A DNA stretch of 35,184 nt from Pseudomonadota bacterium (lineage in GTDB: Bacteria; Bdellovibrionota_F; JAHFAK01; JBDREC01). The translations under genes and the position numbers were made by a program. The stretch lies in assembly GCA_043820105.1 (NCBI GenBank), contig JBDREC010000076.1, positions 62,001 through 97,184 on the forward strand. The letters run 5' to 3'. The notes beneath the pieces are model-generated. The model made no database searches and was not told where the DNA came from. It saw nothing but the letters and a program-made list of their open reading frames with translations. How positions within the stretch are numbered: position 1 is the first letter of the stretch; every line of letters starts with the position of its first letter. Shown here piece by piece: positions 20,119 to 29,127 of the stretch.

Positions 20119-20993
20119 TGAATAGTGATTTTGATTTAAGAAAAGGAATATTCTTTTCCTTATTTTCTTGTTTCGGAATAGTTTGCATTTTTTTCCTTGG
20201 CAAGTTTGCTCTTGAAACAATAGCTGTTGAGGTTTTTCTTTTTTTTTGGTTTGGCTTAGCTTTTATTTATTTAAGTGCCTATAACCTTATTTTCATAAAA
20301 AAAAATCCATTTCTTATCTTATTAAAAAACAAGAAAACCTTAATTATTTATGTAATAGTTGAATTTATTGCATCTTATATATTTTTTTATATATTAAAAC
20401 ATTTAAATCCTTCATTTGTATCAACTTTAAATATATCTTTTACATTATTTCTATTTATACTCGGTATTATCATTTTAAAGGAAAGCTTTAATTCAATAGA
20501 AATTATTGGAGCTTTAATTGCATTAGCTGGCCTTATTGCTGTTTCATATTCTGGTGATTTTACCTTTACAATATATGCCATTATTTTTATACTTGGCAAC
20601 TTCATACAGGCCTTTAATACTATCTTTATAACAAAATTACTAAGAAAAGAAGATCCTGTTTTAATAAGCCAGCTTAGAACTTTATTTTTATCAATTTTTG
20701 CTTTATTCTTTTGCTTAATGAATGGTAATTTAGTTTTTCCATCTAATGATGGAATTTTATTTTTATCTTTAGGAAGCTTCTTTGGGCCTTGTGTAAATTT
20801 TCTTGGGTTTTATTTTGCAATAAAATATCTTGAGGTCTCAAAAGTTACGGTCATAAGAAACACAAACCCAATATTCGTTATAATTTTATCAATCTTATTC
20901 CTCAACTATTACCCTGAATTCAAGGAAATAATTGGGATGATCTGTTTATTAATGGGAACTGTAATATTAGTTCTTGGAAAGAGGAAAAAATGA
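20118..20993 (+). CDS. DMT/EamA family transporter
   Basis: About 10 TM segments in two repeats, with LKESF..IEIIGALIALAG; translationally coupled to dacB. Confidence 0.85.
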   Translation: MNSDFDLRKGIFFSLFSCFGIVCIFFLGKFALETIAVEVFLFFWFGLAFIYLSAYNLIFIKKNPFLILLKNKKTLIIYVIVEFIASYIFFYILKHLNPSFVSTLNISFTLFLFILGIIILKESFNSIEIIGALIALAGLIAVSYSGDFTFTIYAIIFILGNFIQAFNTIFITKLLRKEDPVLISQLRTLFLSIFALFFCLMNGNLVFPSNDGILFLSLGSFFGPCVNFLGFYFAIKYLEVSKVTVIRNTNPIFVIILSILFLNYYPEFKEIIGMICLLMGTVILVLGKRKK

Positions 20994-21534
20994 AATATAA
21001 AGGTATTATTTTTGATCTTGATGGAACCTTGGTTGATTCCATTGAAGACATTGCTGATTCCATGAATATTGTACTTGAAAATAATGATTTAAAACACACT
21101 CAGTAAAGGATTATAAATACTTTGTTGGTGATGGAATCAGAAATCTTGTAAAAAGATCACTTCCACAAAATAAAAGAGATGCTGCAATTATTGAAAAACT
21201 TCTTTTTGAGATAAAAAAGGAATATGCTCAAAAATGGAACAACAAAACAAAGCCTTATGAAGGAATTATTGACCTATTAAAAAAGCTAAAGTCAATGAAC
21301 ATAAAACTAGCTGTTCTTTCAAATAAACCAGACAAATATACAAAGCTTGTTTGTAATTATTTTTTTAAGGAAAATTATTTTGAAATTATAATGGGTGCAA
21401 GGGCTAACTTTCCTAAAAAACCTGAACCTGAGGCAGCATTATTTATCGCTAACAACTTGAACCTTGAACCAATGGAGATGTTATTTGTGGGTGATTCAAA
21501 TGTAGACATGAAAACTGGAATAAATATTTTTTAA
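20990..21534 (+). pseudogene. HAD-family phosphatase (phosphoglycolate phosphatase-like), frameshifted and 3'-truncated
   Basis: ATG 20990 gives MKYKGIIFDLDGTLVDS with a stop at 21104-21106. The -1 frame from TTTAAAAC (~21088-21095) continues KTHSVKDYKYFVGDG...LSNKP...KKPEP...VGDSNVD, then stops abruptly at 21534. Confidence 0.85.
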
Positions 21535-21749
21535 ATATATTTTCCTGCTTCGTTCAAACCATTGACATCTCCTGAACCGCCTAGATTCAATACTTTAAAC
21601 ATAGGAATTAGCATATAAAAGCTAAGCCCCTGAGAAAGGCCAGTAAATAAAGACATAAAAAATAATATTAAAATTCTATATTTTGTAAAAGACATAAAAT
21701 CTTTAACATAATTTTTCAAGATTATAAAACTTGATTGTAAACTAACCAA
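21531..21749 (-). pseudogene. N-terminal remnant of a peptide ABC exporter (lasso D-like)
   Basis: Overlaps the B2 stop. Encodes only a first TM region (ILILFFMSLFTGLSQGLSFYMLIPMF) resembling ABC exporter TM1, then stops after 72 aa. Sits where lasso clusters usually place the exporter. Confidence 0.6.
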
Positions 21750-22173
21750 AATATGCTACCTCAGAATATTCCGCATTATTTTTTCCGCCTGTTACTGGTG
21801 TTTCACCAACTTTTAGCCAGGCATGAGCAATCAGCGAATTATTTTTTTTATCTTTTCCCATACCAATGTATAAGGTGCTGTTAATTTTTCTGCGTTTTAG
21901 CATTATTTTAGCTGCTATAGCCTGGGGAAGACAATTACTTTTCACAGGCATATATTTAGAAACCTTATTGATGTAATAGGATATTTTATTAAGCATTTGA
22001 AAATCAACATTTTGAGCTTCATCATTTTGCTTATGCTTTCCAAGTATTATTTTTAAATATTTTGGGGATAAAATAATAATTGATATTCGGGCAAAGAATA
22101 AAAAAAAGGCCAGCTCTAACACAAAGAGTTTATTTTCACTTTTTAATCTTAAAAATTTTTTTATTCTTTTCAT
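21742..22173 (-). CDS. Lasso peptide B2 leader peptidase (transglutaminase-like)
   Basis: NCLPQAIA (catalytic Cys), LYIG and AHAWL (catalytic His), VTGG; adjacent to the PqqD-family gene. Confidence 0.92.
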   Translation of the reverse strand: MKRIKKFLRLKSENKLFVLELAFFLFFARISIIILSPKYLKIILGKHKQNDEAQNVDFQMLNKISYYINKVSKYMPVKSNCLPQAIAAKIMLKRRKINSTLYIGMGKDKKNNSLIAHAWLKVGETPVTGGKNNAEYSEVAYFG

Positions 22174-22176
22174 TTA

Positions 22177-22458
22177 TCACGCAATTTCCAAAAGACCCTT
22201 TTTACTAATATCTTTAACAAATAGTATTATATCATTAATGCAATCTTCCTTAAAAACATCAAACTCTTTTATTAATTTTAAAGCAAGTTCTTCAACAGAA
22301 AAGACTTTGTCTTCTAGAAGTTCCCAAATCCTTGTTCCAACTTCATTGAAATTGTACATATTACAATCTTCAACATTTAGCATTACAACTTCATCATCAA
22401 GATAGTTGTGCTCCTGATTTTTACTTCGCCTCACTTTTGTATTTTTTGTAATTTCCAT
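22177..22458 (-). CDS. Lasso peptide B1 / PqqD-family RiPP recognition element
   Basis: 93 aa; LDDEVVML...YNFNEVGTRIWELL...L.KEFDV..EDC..DI..F...GLL is a typical PqqD pattern. Confidence 0.92.
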   Translation of the reverse strand: MEITKNTKVRRSKNQEHNYLDDEVVMLNVEDCNMYNFNEVGTRIWELLEDKVFSVEELALKLIKEFDVFKEDCINDIILFVKDISKKGLLEIA

Positions 22459-22472
22459 TTTAATTGTTTCCT

Positions 22473-23333
22473 TTAAAAAACTAATTTATCATTTTTATCT
22501 AAATATCCAAAACGCTTCATCACGTCATAATGACAACTTATTAGCTTGTCAACATGATGATTTTTTAGTTTTTCTCTCCATGAACCAATTTTGCCCTTTC
22601 TAAAAAAGAACTTACATTTTTGGGGTTTTTCGTTAAAGCTTTTTTCTTCTTCCTGCTTCCTTAGTTTATCAAAACTTGTTTTTTCAATTGCCTGGGCAAT
22701 TTCTTTATCTGATTTATCCAGGTTTAGAAAATCGCATGCTTTTTTAAAAGTCCTTAAAGAATCAAGTTTCATATCTTCATATCTTAAAACACAAACTTTG
22801 TTAGGTGAATCAATCCAAGAAAGAACATGCCCACTCCAGGTAAGATGCCTTTGCAATAGCTGATTTGAAAAACTTTTCTTGTGCTTGCATAAAGCAAAGT
22901 CATTATTGCATAAATTATCAACAGTTTTATCAATAGATCCCGAATTATGATTTGCAAAAGAAACTGCTACATCAAGGGGATTTCTGACTAAATATATTAC
23001 TCCAAATGTAGCCTCAGGAGGAAAAAGCCACTCGCTCTCTTTGGTCTTTGTATAGGCATCGTGAACTTTCATATAGAATTTATCTTCTAAATTATCAGAA
23101 ATTTCTCTATAAACATCAGGTCTTAAGCTTTCAACTTCATCAGAAGATAAATCTGAAGATTCACATTCTACATGGTCTTCAAAAATTCCCCTTGCAGATG
23201 CAATAGGAGTTGATTGAAGATCATTTATGTCAGGTTCTGATTTTTTTTCATTTAAAATTGTACTTAAAAAGGTGCGGAACCATGTATTTCCTGACTTGGG
23301 ATAGGAAGCAAGCCATACAATATTATTTTTCAC
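22473..23333 (-). CDS. PAPS-dependent sulfotransferase
   Basis: LASYPKSGNTW (5'-PSB), RNPLDVAVS (3'-PB), LRYEDM and FFRKGKIGSW. Confidence 0.92.
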   Translation of the reverse strand: MKNNIVWLASYPKSGNTWFRTFLSTILNEKKSEPDINDLQSTPIASARGIFEDHVECESSDLSSDEVESLRPDVYREISDNLEDKFYMKVHDAYTKTKESEWLFPPEATFGVIYLVRNPLDVAVSFANHNSGSIDKTVDNLCNNDFALCKHKKSFSNQLLQRHLTWSGHVLSWIDSPNKVCVLRYEDMKLDSLRTFKKACDFLNLDKSDKEIAQAIEKTSFDKLRKQEEEKSFNEKPQKCKFFFRKGKIGSWREKLKNHHVDKLISCHYDVMKRFGYLDKNDKLVF

Positions 23334-24232
23334 TTTAAAATGTCCTTTTCAATGACATCAATGTAATGCTTAAAATCTTCAGTTCTTTGGGGTCTTGTAA
23401 TTGTGGTCATTGGAAGCTTGGCTAGCTCAACAGCAATTTTAAAAAAGGTGCTTTGCTTGTTTAAACCCTGAATATAGGATTTTCTATAGGAATTTGCTTT
23501 AATTATTTTCAGCCTTGCTTTTCCCAGAGTTTTTTCAATGGTCAAAATCTTTTCATCATTATGAGTTCTCACATGATACATTTTATAGATAGGGATTGCC
23601 TTGCCTTGATCGAGTTGTTCATAGCTGACATAATATTTATTAAGTGAATCCCTTACCTGAATAAAATCTCCTGTTTCTTGATTCAGTTTTATGGAATCTT
23701 CCCATAGCTTCATCATTGGATAGGAAGCAAAAAGATTTAATTTCTTATTTTCCATTTTTATTGGAGCAATATCATCTGTGATAACCCTGTATCCCCTCTT
23801 ATAAAAAGCATAGGCAAGAGTTGATTTTCCAACGCCTGAATTTCCAATGAACATTACAGCACCTTTGCCTGTTAGAATTGTAGATGCATGCATTGGAAGA
23901 TAATTTTTCATATAAAGAGTCGCGCCCATAACAGATCCAAGCAAGAATAAGCTAAGCTTATCTTCGTCTTTCATGAAATCTTGATCAATGATAATTTCTT
24001 TGCCATCTTTTACATAATATCTAAGGCCCAGCTTTTCATTGAAAAATAAAAACTCATTCTCTGCCATCTGACAGCACACATTTTTTTTCCGGATAGGTCT
24101 TGATAAATTATCTGGAGTTTTTGCGATTATAATCTTCAGATTGGGATTCGTAAATGCTTCTTTAACAGAATTTAGAGCTCTAATTTGAAACTGTGATTCT
24201 ATATTTAGATTAAAAATCTTGTAATTATACAT
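23330..24232 (-). CDS. HPr-kinase-like lasso peptide kinase (PadeK-type)
   Basis: MHAST, Walker A GNSGVGKST, ITDD and YPMMKLW; lies inside the lasso cluster. Confidence 0.88.
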   Translation of the reverse strand: MYNYKIFNLNIESQFQIRALNSVKEAFTNPNLKIIIAKTPDNLSRPIRKKNVCCQMAENEFLFFNEKLGLRYYVKDGKEIIIDQDFMKDEDKLSLFLLGSVMGATLYMKNYLPMHASTILTGKGAVMFIGNSGVGKSTLAYAFYKRGYRVITDDIAPIKMENKKLNLFASYPMMKLWEDSIKLNQETGDFIQVRDSLNKYYVSYEQLDQGKAIPIYKMYHVRTHNDEKILTIEKTLGKARLKIIKANSYRKSYIQGLNKQSTFFKIAVELAKLPMTTITRPQRTEDFKHYIDVIEKDILK

Positions 24233-24356
24233 CTATTAACTATTCGGCAAATTAATATTATCAAATAAATTTTTATAGTTTTATAGGGTTATAAATTAGT
24301 GCTATAATTGTCAAGAATCAGATAGGTTAAAATTGCTGTTATTTTATATGATTTGT

Positions 24357-24524
24357 TTAAGACGGACCCACAGTAGAAGTTGGTGTTGTTTCAGAAGTAC
24401 TAACAAAAGACTTTCCATTAACATCTGACACAAAAAGTGATTCACATTTAGGAGAAGCGTAAGGTTTAAGTTTCTTACAATATTGGGTTCTAATGTGATT
24501 TTCTTTTTTAGCTTCTTTTTCCAT
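24357..24524 (-). CDS. Lasso peptide precursor, 55 aa (not in ORF track)
   Basis: Manual translation: MEKEAKKENHIRTQYCKKLKPYASPKCESLFVSDVN|GKSFVSTSETTPTSTVGPS. AGGA upstream; YxxP leader motif; core Gly1 with Glu9 acceptor; C-terminal Ser. Confidence 0.88.
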   Translation of the reverse strand: MEKEAKKENHIRTQYCKKLKPYASPKCESLFVSDVNGKSFVSTSETTPTSTVGPS

Positions 24525-24591
24525 TATTCCATCCTATAAAAATTGCAAAAAGTATGTCTTTAAATCTAATTTTGAGGTTTTTGTCAAATGA

Positions 24592-25815
24592 TTAATGATT
24601 AATTAAACCCTCTAATAAATTAACATCATTAATCAATTCTATATTCCAATTATAATTAGCTTCAATTATAATTGGTCCTCTATCTGTCAATGCCAGATCA
24701 AAGGCAACAGATTTAAGATTTATTAGATTTTCATGTACTTTTATACAATAATCAACTGCTGTTGAAATTAATTTTCTAAGGTTTTGGCTTATAATAATAT
24801 CTTTATTATACTTTAGTTCTGAATTTATCCTCCACTTATTATCAACTTCAAAAGATTTCAAATCTAAAGGATAAATTTTATATAATTGCCTTTTATTTAT
24901 TTCGTGTTTTTTTGCAGCTGGTATTTCAAGTTGAAGATAAATAGCTTTGAATTCACCATCTTTAAATTCAAATGTTATTATTCTAAGTGTGGAAATTTCT
25001 TGTGATTCTGAAAAGTCATTGAGATCAGGATGATCAGAAAGGTAAGGTTCTATCATCATATTTTGTTTTTTAATTAATCCATTTAAATATCTTTCAATCC
25101 CAACATGTTCTTTTATAACATTACCGTTAATTGGATGAATTTCATATTGATTTGTCTTAGCAACATATAAAAGTTTAAATGCATCTTTACTTTGAGAAGA
25201 AACAAGCGGTTTACAAAAAACAGTTCTATTTCTAAAAAAGCTTGAAATTGATGACCTCTTTTTGACTAAGTCTAAGGTTTGAACTGAAGGAATATTGATA
25301 GATTTTAAGGCCTTTGCAAACTCATATTTATTTCCAATAAATTCTTTGGTTTCTTTCAGATCTTTCTTATTCTTATTAATAAAATCGTGAAAACAAGGAA
25401 GTTCTGATTTATAGAAATATTTATGTATTAAAGACTTATTTTCTTTAAGATAAAATTTATATCTATAATAGTTTATTGGAAGAATGTGATAGAAAAAATT
25501 GAGTTTTATAATTGTTATAGCTTGTGTTACGATTAATGTCCCATATTCCTTTTTTATAAATATCCCTTTTTTAAAAATTAATTTAAATAATATTTTCCAT
25601 AATTTATAAAAATACCAAATCAAAGCCTGAGCAGAAAACAAGATAAAATAACAAGGATTTAAAAGTTTTTTTATTTTCAAATAAAGCAGTTTTTTGTGTA
25701 AATTTTTGTGTTTATCATTCTTTGCCGAAAACAAATAAAGATTAAATAAAGGAAATGGTTTTGCTTCAAGATACAATCTCGATAATTGTGAAAGTAATTT
25801 TTGCCAAATATTCAT
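24592..25815 (-). CDS. ATP-grasp ligase resembling the sugar-transfer-associated (ST) ATP-grasp family
   Basis: NKYEF...IPSVQT, VFCKP, MIEPYLSDHPDL, STLRIIT and VAFDLALTDRGPIIIEAN. Confidence 0.78.
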   Translation of the reverse strand: MNIWQKLLSQLSRLYLEAKPFPLFNLYLFSAKNDKHKNLHKKLLYLKIKKLLNPCYFILFSAQALIWYFYKLWKILFKLIFKKGIFIKKEYGTLIVTQAITIIKLNFFYHILPINYYRYKFYLKENKSLIHKYFYKSELPCFHDFINKNKKDLKETKEFIGNKYEFAKALKSINIPSVQTLDLVKKRSSISSFFRNRTVFCKPLVSSQSKDAFKLLYVAKTNQYEIHPINGNVIKEHVGIERYLNGLIKKQNMMIEPYLSDHPDLNDFSESQEISTLRIITFEFKDGEFKAIYLQLEIPAAKKHEINKRQLYKIYPLDLKSFEVDNKWRINSELKYNKDIIISQNLRKLISTAVDYCIKVHENLINLKSVAFDLALTDRGPIIIEANYNWNIELINDVNLLEGLINH

Positions 25816-25821
25816 TTTATT

Positions 25822-27693
25822 TTACCAATTACTGCCATCTGGATAGAAAGTCTTAAACCACAAATCTAAATTATTAATGTTTGCAATTGATTTACTTATT
25901 GTAAATTGAGTAAGCCTATCCTTAGAATTTGATGAATTATTAATGTTTTCTTTTAATCGATCAATATCTAGAATTTGATAAAGGTCTTTATGCAAGTTTT
26001 TAGCAAGATCTAAATTAGTTTTAATATTTGTAGCACTTATTGGACTTCCCATCCATTTGCTTTTTTTCCAATTCACTCCTTTTGGAACAAGTTCGTCACA
26101 AACCAAGCGATGAAAATATCTGCTGATTTTATTAAATTTATGCTCTGTAGGAATTGACAAGAAAAAATCAATCAGTCTTACATCAAGTAATGGCCAGGCA
26201 TAATCAACGCCATATGAATGTGCCATTTGAGTACAATTGTTCATTCTTGTGGGAACAAAGGGCACAAATCTTTTTTCCAAGGTAAACTTATTTAAGTCAA
26301 CATATCCTGCGTCAAACCTGGCTTGATCAAAATACTTTTCTTTAAGCGAAAATCTCTGTATAATTTCATCTTTAATTGAAAAATATGGCCATCTTTTTTT
26401 CCAGGCTTTTAAAAATCTAGGACTATATTCTAAGTTTGATTTAAATTTAAATGAATAGAAATGCTTTAATAACCTAAGAAAACTTGTTAATATATTTCCA
26501 TTTAATCTGCTGTAAACAAAATTATATTTTTTGTCATAAAACATTTCTTTTATAGCAATATCACCATGAATTGAAGTTACAAATTCATCTCCCCCAAACC
26601 CCGACAAAAGAGTTCTAATGTTGTTCTTTTCACATAACATATAAAAGGGGTTATGATATGTTGAGTTTCCGTGTTCATATGGATATCCCATTGCATCCAA
26701 TGATCTATTTTTAATTTCAAGCGATAAATTATTTCTACCACAAAAAATGTAATTATTATTTATGTTATACTTCTGACTTGTTTGAAGAATAAACTTTGGT
26801 TCATCCTCAAGTTTTGCAAATCCAAAAGTGTATAAATTTTCAATAGATTGATTAAAATATTTAGCCGCTATTGAAGTAATAGTTGAAGAATCAATACCTC
26901 CGCTATTTTCTGACCCAACCTTATAATCGCTATCAATTCTTGTTTTAACAGCGTTAATTAATAGTTCTTTATATTCTTCAATATAATCATCTGTTTTTTG
27001 ATAATTAATTCTTTTATCAGGATCAAAAGAAAAATACTTTTCCTTTCTAAATTTTTCTTTATCCAAAATAATTTGATTAGCAGGCGGGATTTTAAAAATA
27101 CTATCATAAGCTGTATCTTCAAAGTCCATAGAAAGATGCAACATATACTTTGCTGCCCATTCTAAGCGTGGATTAATAGGGAAAAGATTGAATCTATGAA
27201 ACAAGGTTAAGGTTGAAGAAAAAACAAAAATCTTATCATCGCAATAATAGTAAAAGGGTTTTACTGCCATATGATCCACAAAGCAGTATAGCCTATTTTC
27301 TTTTTGACTGTATATTATAGCACTATAATCTCCATAAATATGCTTTGTTAAATCATCTTTCCACTTTAAATAACTTAAAAATGTAAGCTTTTGATCACTT
27401 GTTTTTTTAAGTTCTTCTCTTGAGATATCAAAAACGCAAGCTAGTTCATCTCGATTTGTAAGCCTTCCCCAAAACAAAACTACAAGTTGCTTTTGATGCT
27501 CAATTAATGGTGTATGCTCATATTTTGATTGTGGCGAATTGTACATCGTCATCTGAGTTAAAATCACAGCATCATCTATATAAGATCCGAGCTTATCAGC
27601 CTTTTTAAACTGATTTAAAGTTGATTCAATAATTTCCTGATAATCTCTGAGATCTATTGAACTTTTTTTTCTTTTAAAAATTCCGGCTATCAT
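25822..27693 (-). CDS. Lasso peptide cyclase (asparagine synthetase-like isopeptide synthase)
   Basis: SGGIDSS ATP-binding loop, LSGFGGDE and WPLLDVRLIDF. Lacks the N-terminal glutaminase Cys (starts MIAGIF). Clustered with B1, B2 and the precursor. Confidence 0.92.
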   Translation of the reverse strand: MIAGIFKRKKSSIDLRDYQEIIESTLNQFKKADKLGSYIDDAVILTQMTMYNSPQSKYEHTPLIEHQKQLVVLFWGRLTNRDELACVFDISREELKKTSDQKLTFLSYLKWKDDLTKHIYGDYSAIIYSQKENRLYCFVDHMAVKPFYYYCDDKIFVFSSTLTLFHRFNLFPINPRLEWAAKYMLHLSMDFEDTAYDSIFKIPPANQIILDKEKFRKEKYFSFDPDKRINYQKTDDYIEEYKELLINAVKTRIDSDYKVGSENSGGIDSSTITSIAAKYFNQSIENLYTFGFAKLEDEPKFILQTSQKYNINNNYIFCGRNNLSLEIKNRSLDAMGYPYEHGNSTYHNPFYMLCEKNNIRTLLSGFGGDEFVTSIHGDIAIKEMFYDKKYNFVYSRLNGNILTSFLRLLKHFYSFKFKSNLEYSPRFLKAWKKRWPYFSIKDEIIQRFSLKEKYFDQARFDAGYVDLNKFTLEKRFVPFVPTRMNNCTQMAHSYGVDYAWPLLDVRLIDFFLSIPTEHKFNKISRYFHRLVCDELVPKGVNWKKSKWMGSPISATNIKTNLDLAKNLHKDLYQILDIDRLKENINNSSNSKDRLTQFTISKSIANINNLDLWFKTFYPDGSNW

Positions 27694-27951
27694 ATTAACT
27701 TCTCTAAGTAATTCTTGCCAAATAAATAATCAAGCCTAAAACAAAAAGCAGTATTTTAAAACTACATTTAGCAGACTTAGGATAAAAAGCTAGGCAAATG
27801 TTATTCCTTTTCATTTTAGAATGTACTTGTCAATAAGATCAAAATTATTTTTTTATTTTTCAGTTAGATCAGAAGCCTGATAGCTGAAGCCACTTGATAC
27901 TATCAAAAAATTATGAGCTAAGATGATGCTTTGATTCCTTTTTGGTTCTGT

Positions 27952-28240
27952 CTATGCCTGCTTGTGTAAACTTTTAAAAAAACCTACAATATGCTTACAA
28001 TATTTATTATGCTTTTTCATAAAGTCAGTCAGATTTAAGTTTAACTTTATATAATCAATGTTTTCAGGTTTATTAATTATCAAATCTCTTAAAAAAAGTG
28101 TTTCTGATAACTTTTCAGCAAAGGTTTTTGACATCATTTTCAATTCAGCAAGCCTTTTATATCTATCTTCATATGTCTTAAGGTGGGACAAGTGGATTCC
28201 ATTTTCATATATGATGTGAATGTTAATATCAATTTCCCAT
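27952..28240 (-). pseudogene. 3' remnant of an unrelated gene fused to the truncated IS110
   Basis: An open frame WEIDINIHIIYENGIHLSHLKTYEDRY...HKQA* begins at the point where transposase similarity ends; no convincing start or RBS. Confidence 0.4.
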
Positions 28241-28967
28241 GTGCTTTGTTCTTAAATCTAAATGGATCAAAAATAAATGCTGAAAATGTTGCAGCTGTTA
28301 CTAATCCCACTCCCTTTACTTTTAAAAACTCTTTTATCTCTTTAAACTTTTCAGATCGTTTTCTCATTTCATTATAAACTTCTATTTTCTGATTTTCTAA
28401 AATTTCAAGTTGTCTCCAATAGAGAGTTGCAGATTTTATTGATATTTGAGTTTCCTTAATTTTAGACAACCATTTTTCACTATTCTTTTCTGAATATATC
28501 GTTTGTCCTGAACATGGAATAGCTCTGTTTTTAAACACTCGTTTCAATCTGTTTTTGCTTCTGGTAATATCTTTTACTATTTTGTTATACAAATTTACTA
28601 ATTCTCTAAACTCTTGTCTCTCTTTTGAAATTGGATGAAATACTTCTTTAAGTTCTCCCATTCTTAATAATCTTGCCAAATTCTCTGAATCAGTTTTATC
28701 ATTACTGTTTCCTTTGTAGATACTAGGATTTTCCCCTGGATCACAGATCAAAGCACGATCAACTTTATTATAAGTTATATTCAACATCCATTCAGCCAAA
28801 GGTCCCTCTTCAAATGTTAATTGTTTTTTACCTCTTATACCTTTCAAATATTCAATAACAAGTTTTTCACTTGTCGGTATAATTTTTCTATCAACTATTT
28901 TTCCCTCTGAATTAATTGTACAAAATGTAATTGACTTGCCATGCAAATCTGCGCCTATACTTTTCAT
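28140..28967 (-). pseudogene. IS110-family (DEDD) transposase, C-terminally truncated
   Basis: SIGADLHGKS, FEEGP, NDKTDSENLARLL and VKGVGLVTA...DPFRF are present. The expected following YxGL...SG segment is missing. Confidence 0.85.
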
Positions 28968-29052
28968 ATCGCCTCTCCTTTTTTGTGGTTTGTGATTTCT
29001 AGAAAACTTCTTATATCACAAAGCTGTGAGAGGCGTAGTTTTTCATTATAAT
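28240..29052 (-). mobile_element. Partial IS110-family element (left end plus truncated transposase)
   Basis: Transposase is preceded by a hairpin (CGCCTCTC 28970-28977 / GAGAGGCG 29028-29035; TTTGTGAT/ATCACAAA) that overlaps its RBS, and by TATAAT at ~29045-29052. Confidence 0.7.
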
Positions 29053-29127
29053 GGCATATAATATTTTCCATTGAAAATTTAATTTTAATCCAATAAAAAC
29101 ATCTATCTTTTCATTTATGGAGATATC

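Noticed and set aside
25822-27693. Housekeeping asparagine synthetase AsnB
   Set aside because: No N-terminal catalytic Cys, and the B1/B2/precursor context indicates a lasso cyclase.
27815-27835. TTGACA as the IS110 right end or the lasso operon promoter
   Set aside because: No properly spaced -10 box, and the sequence between it and the transposase is not IS-like, so neither role can be supported.
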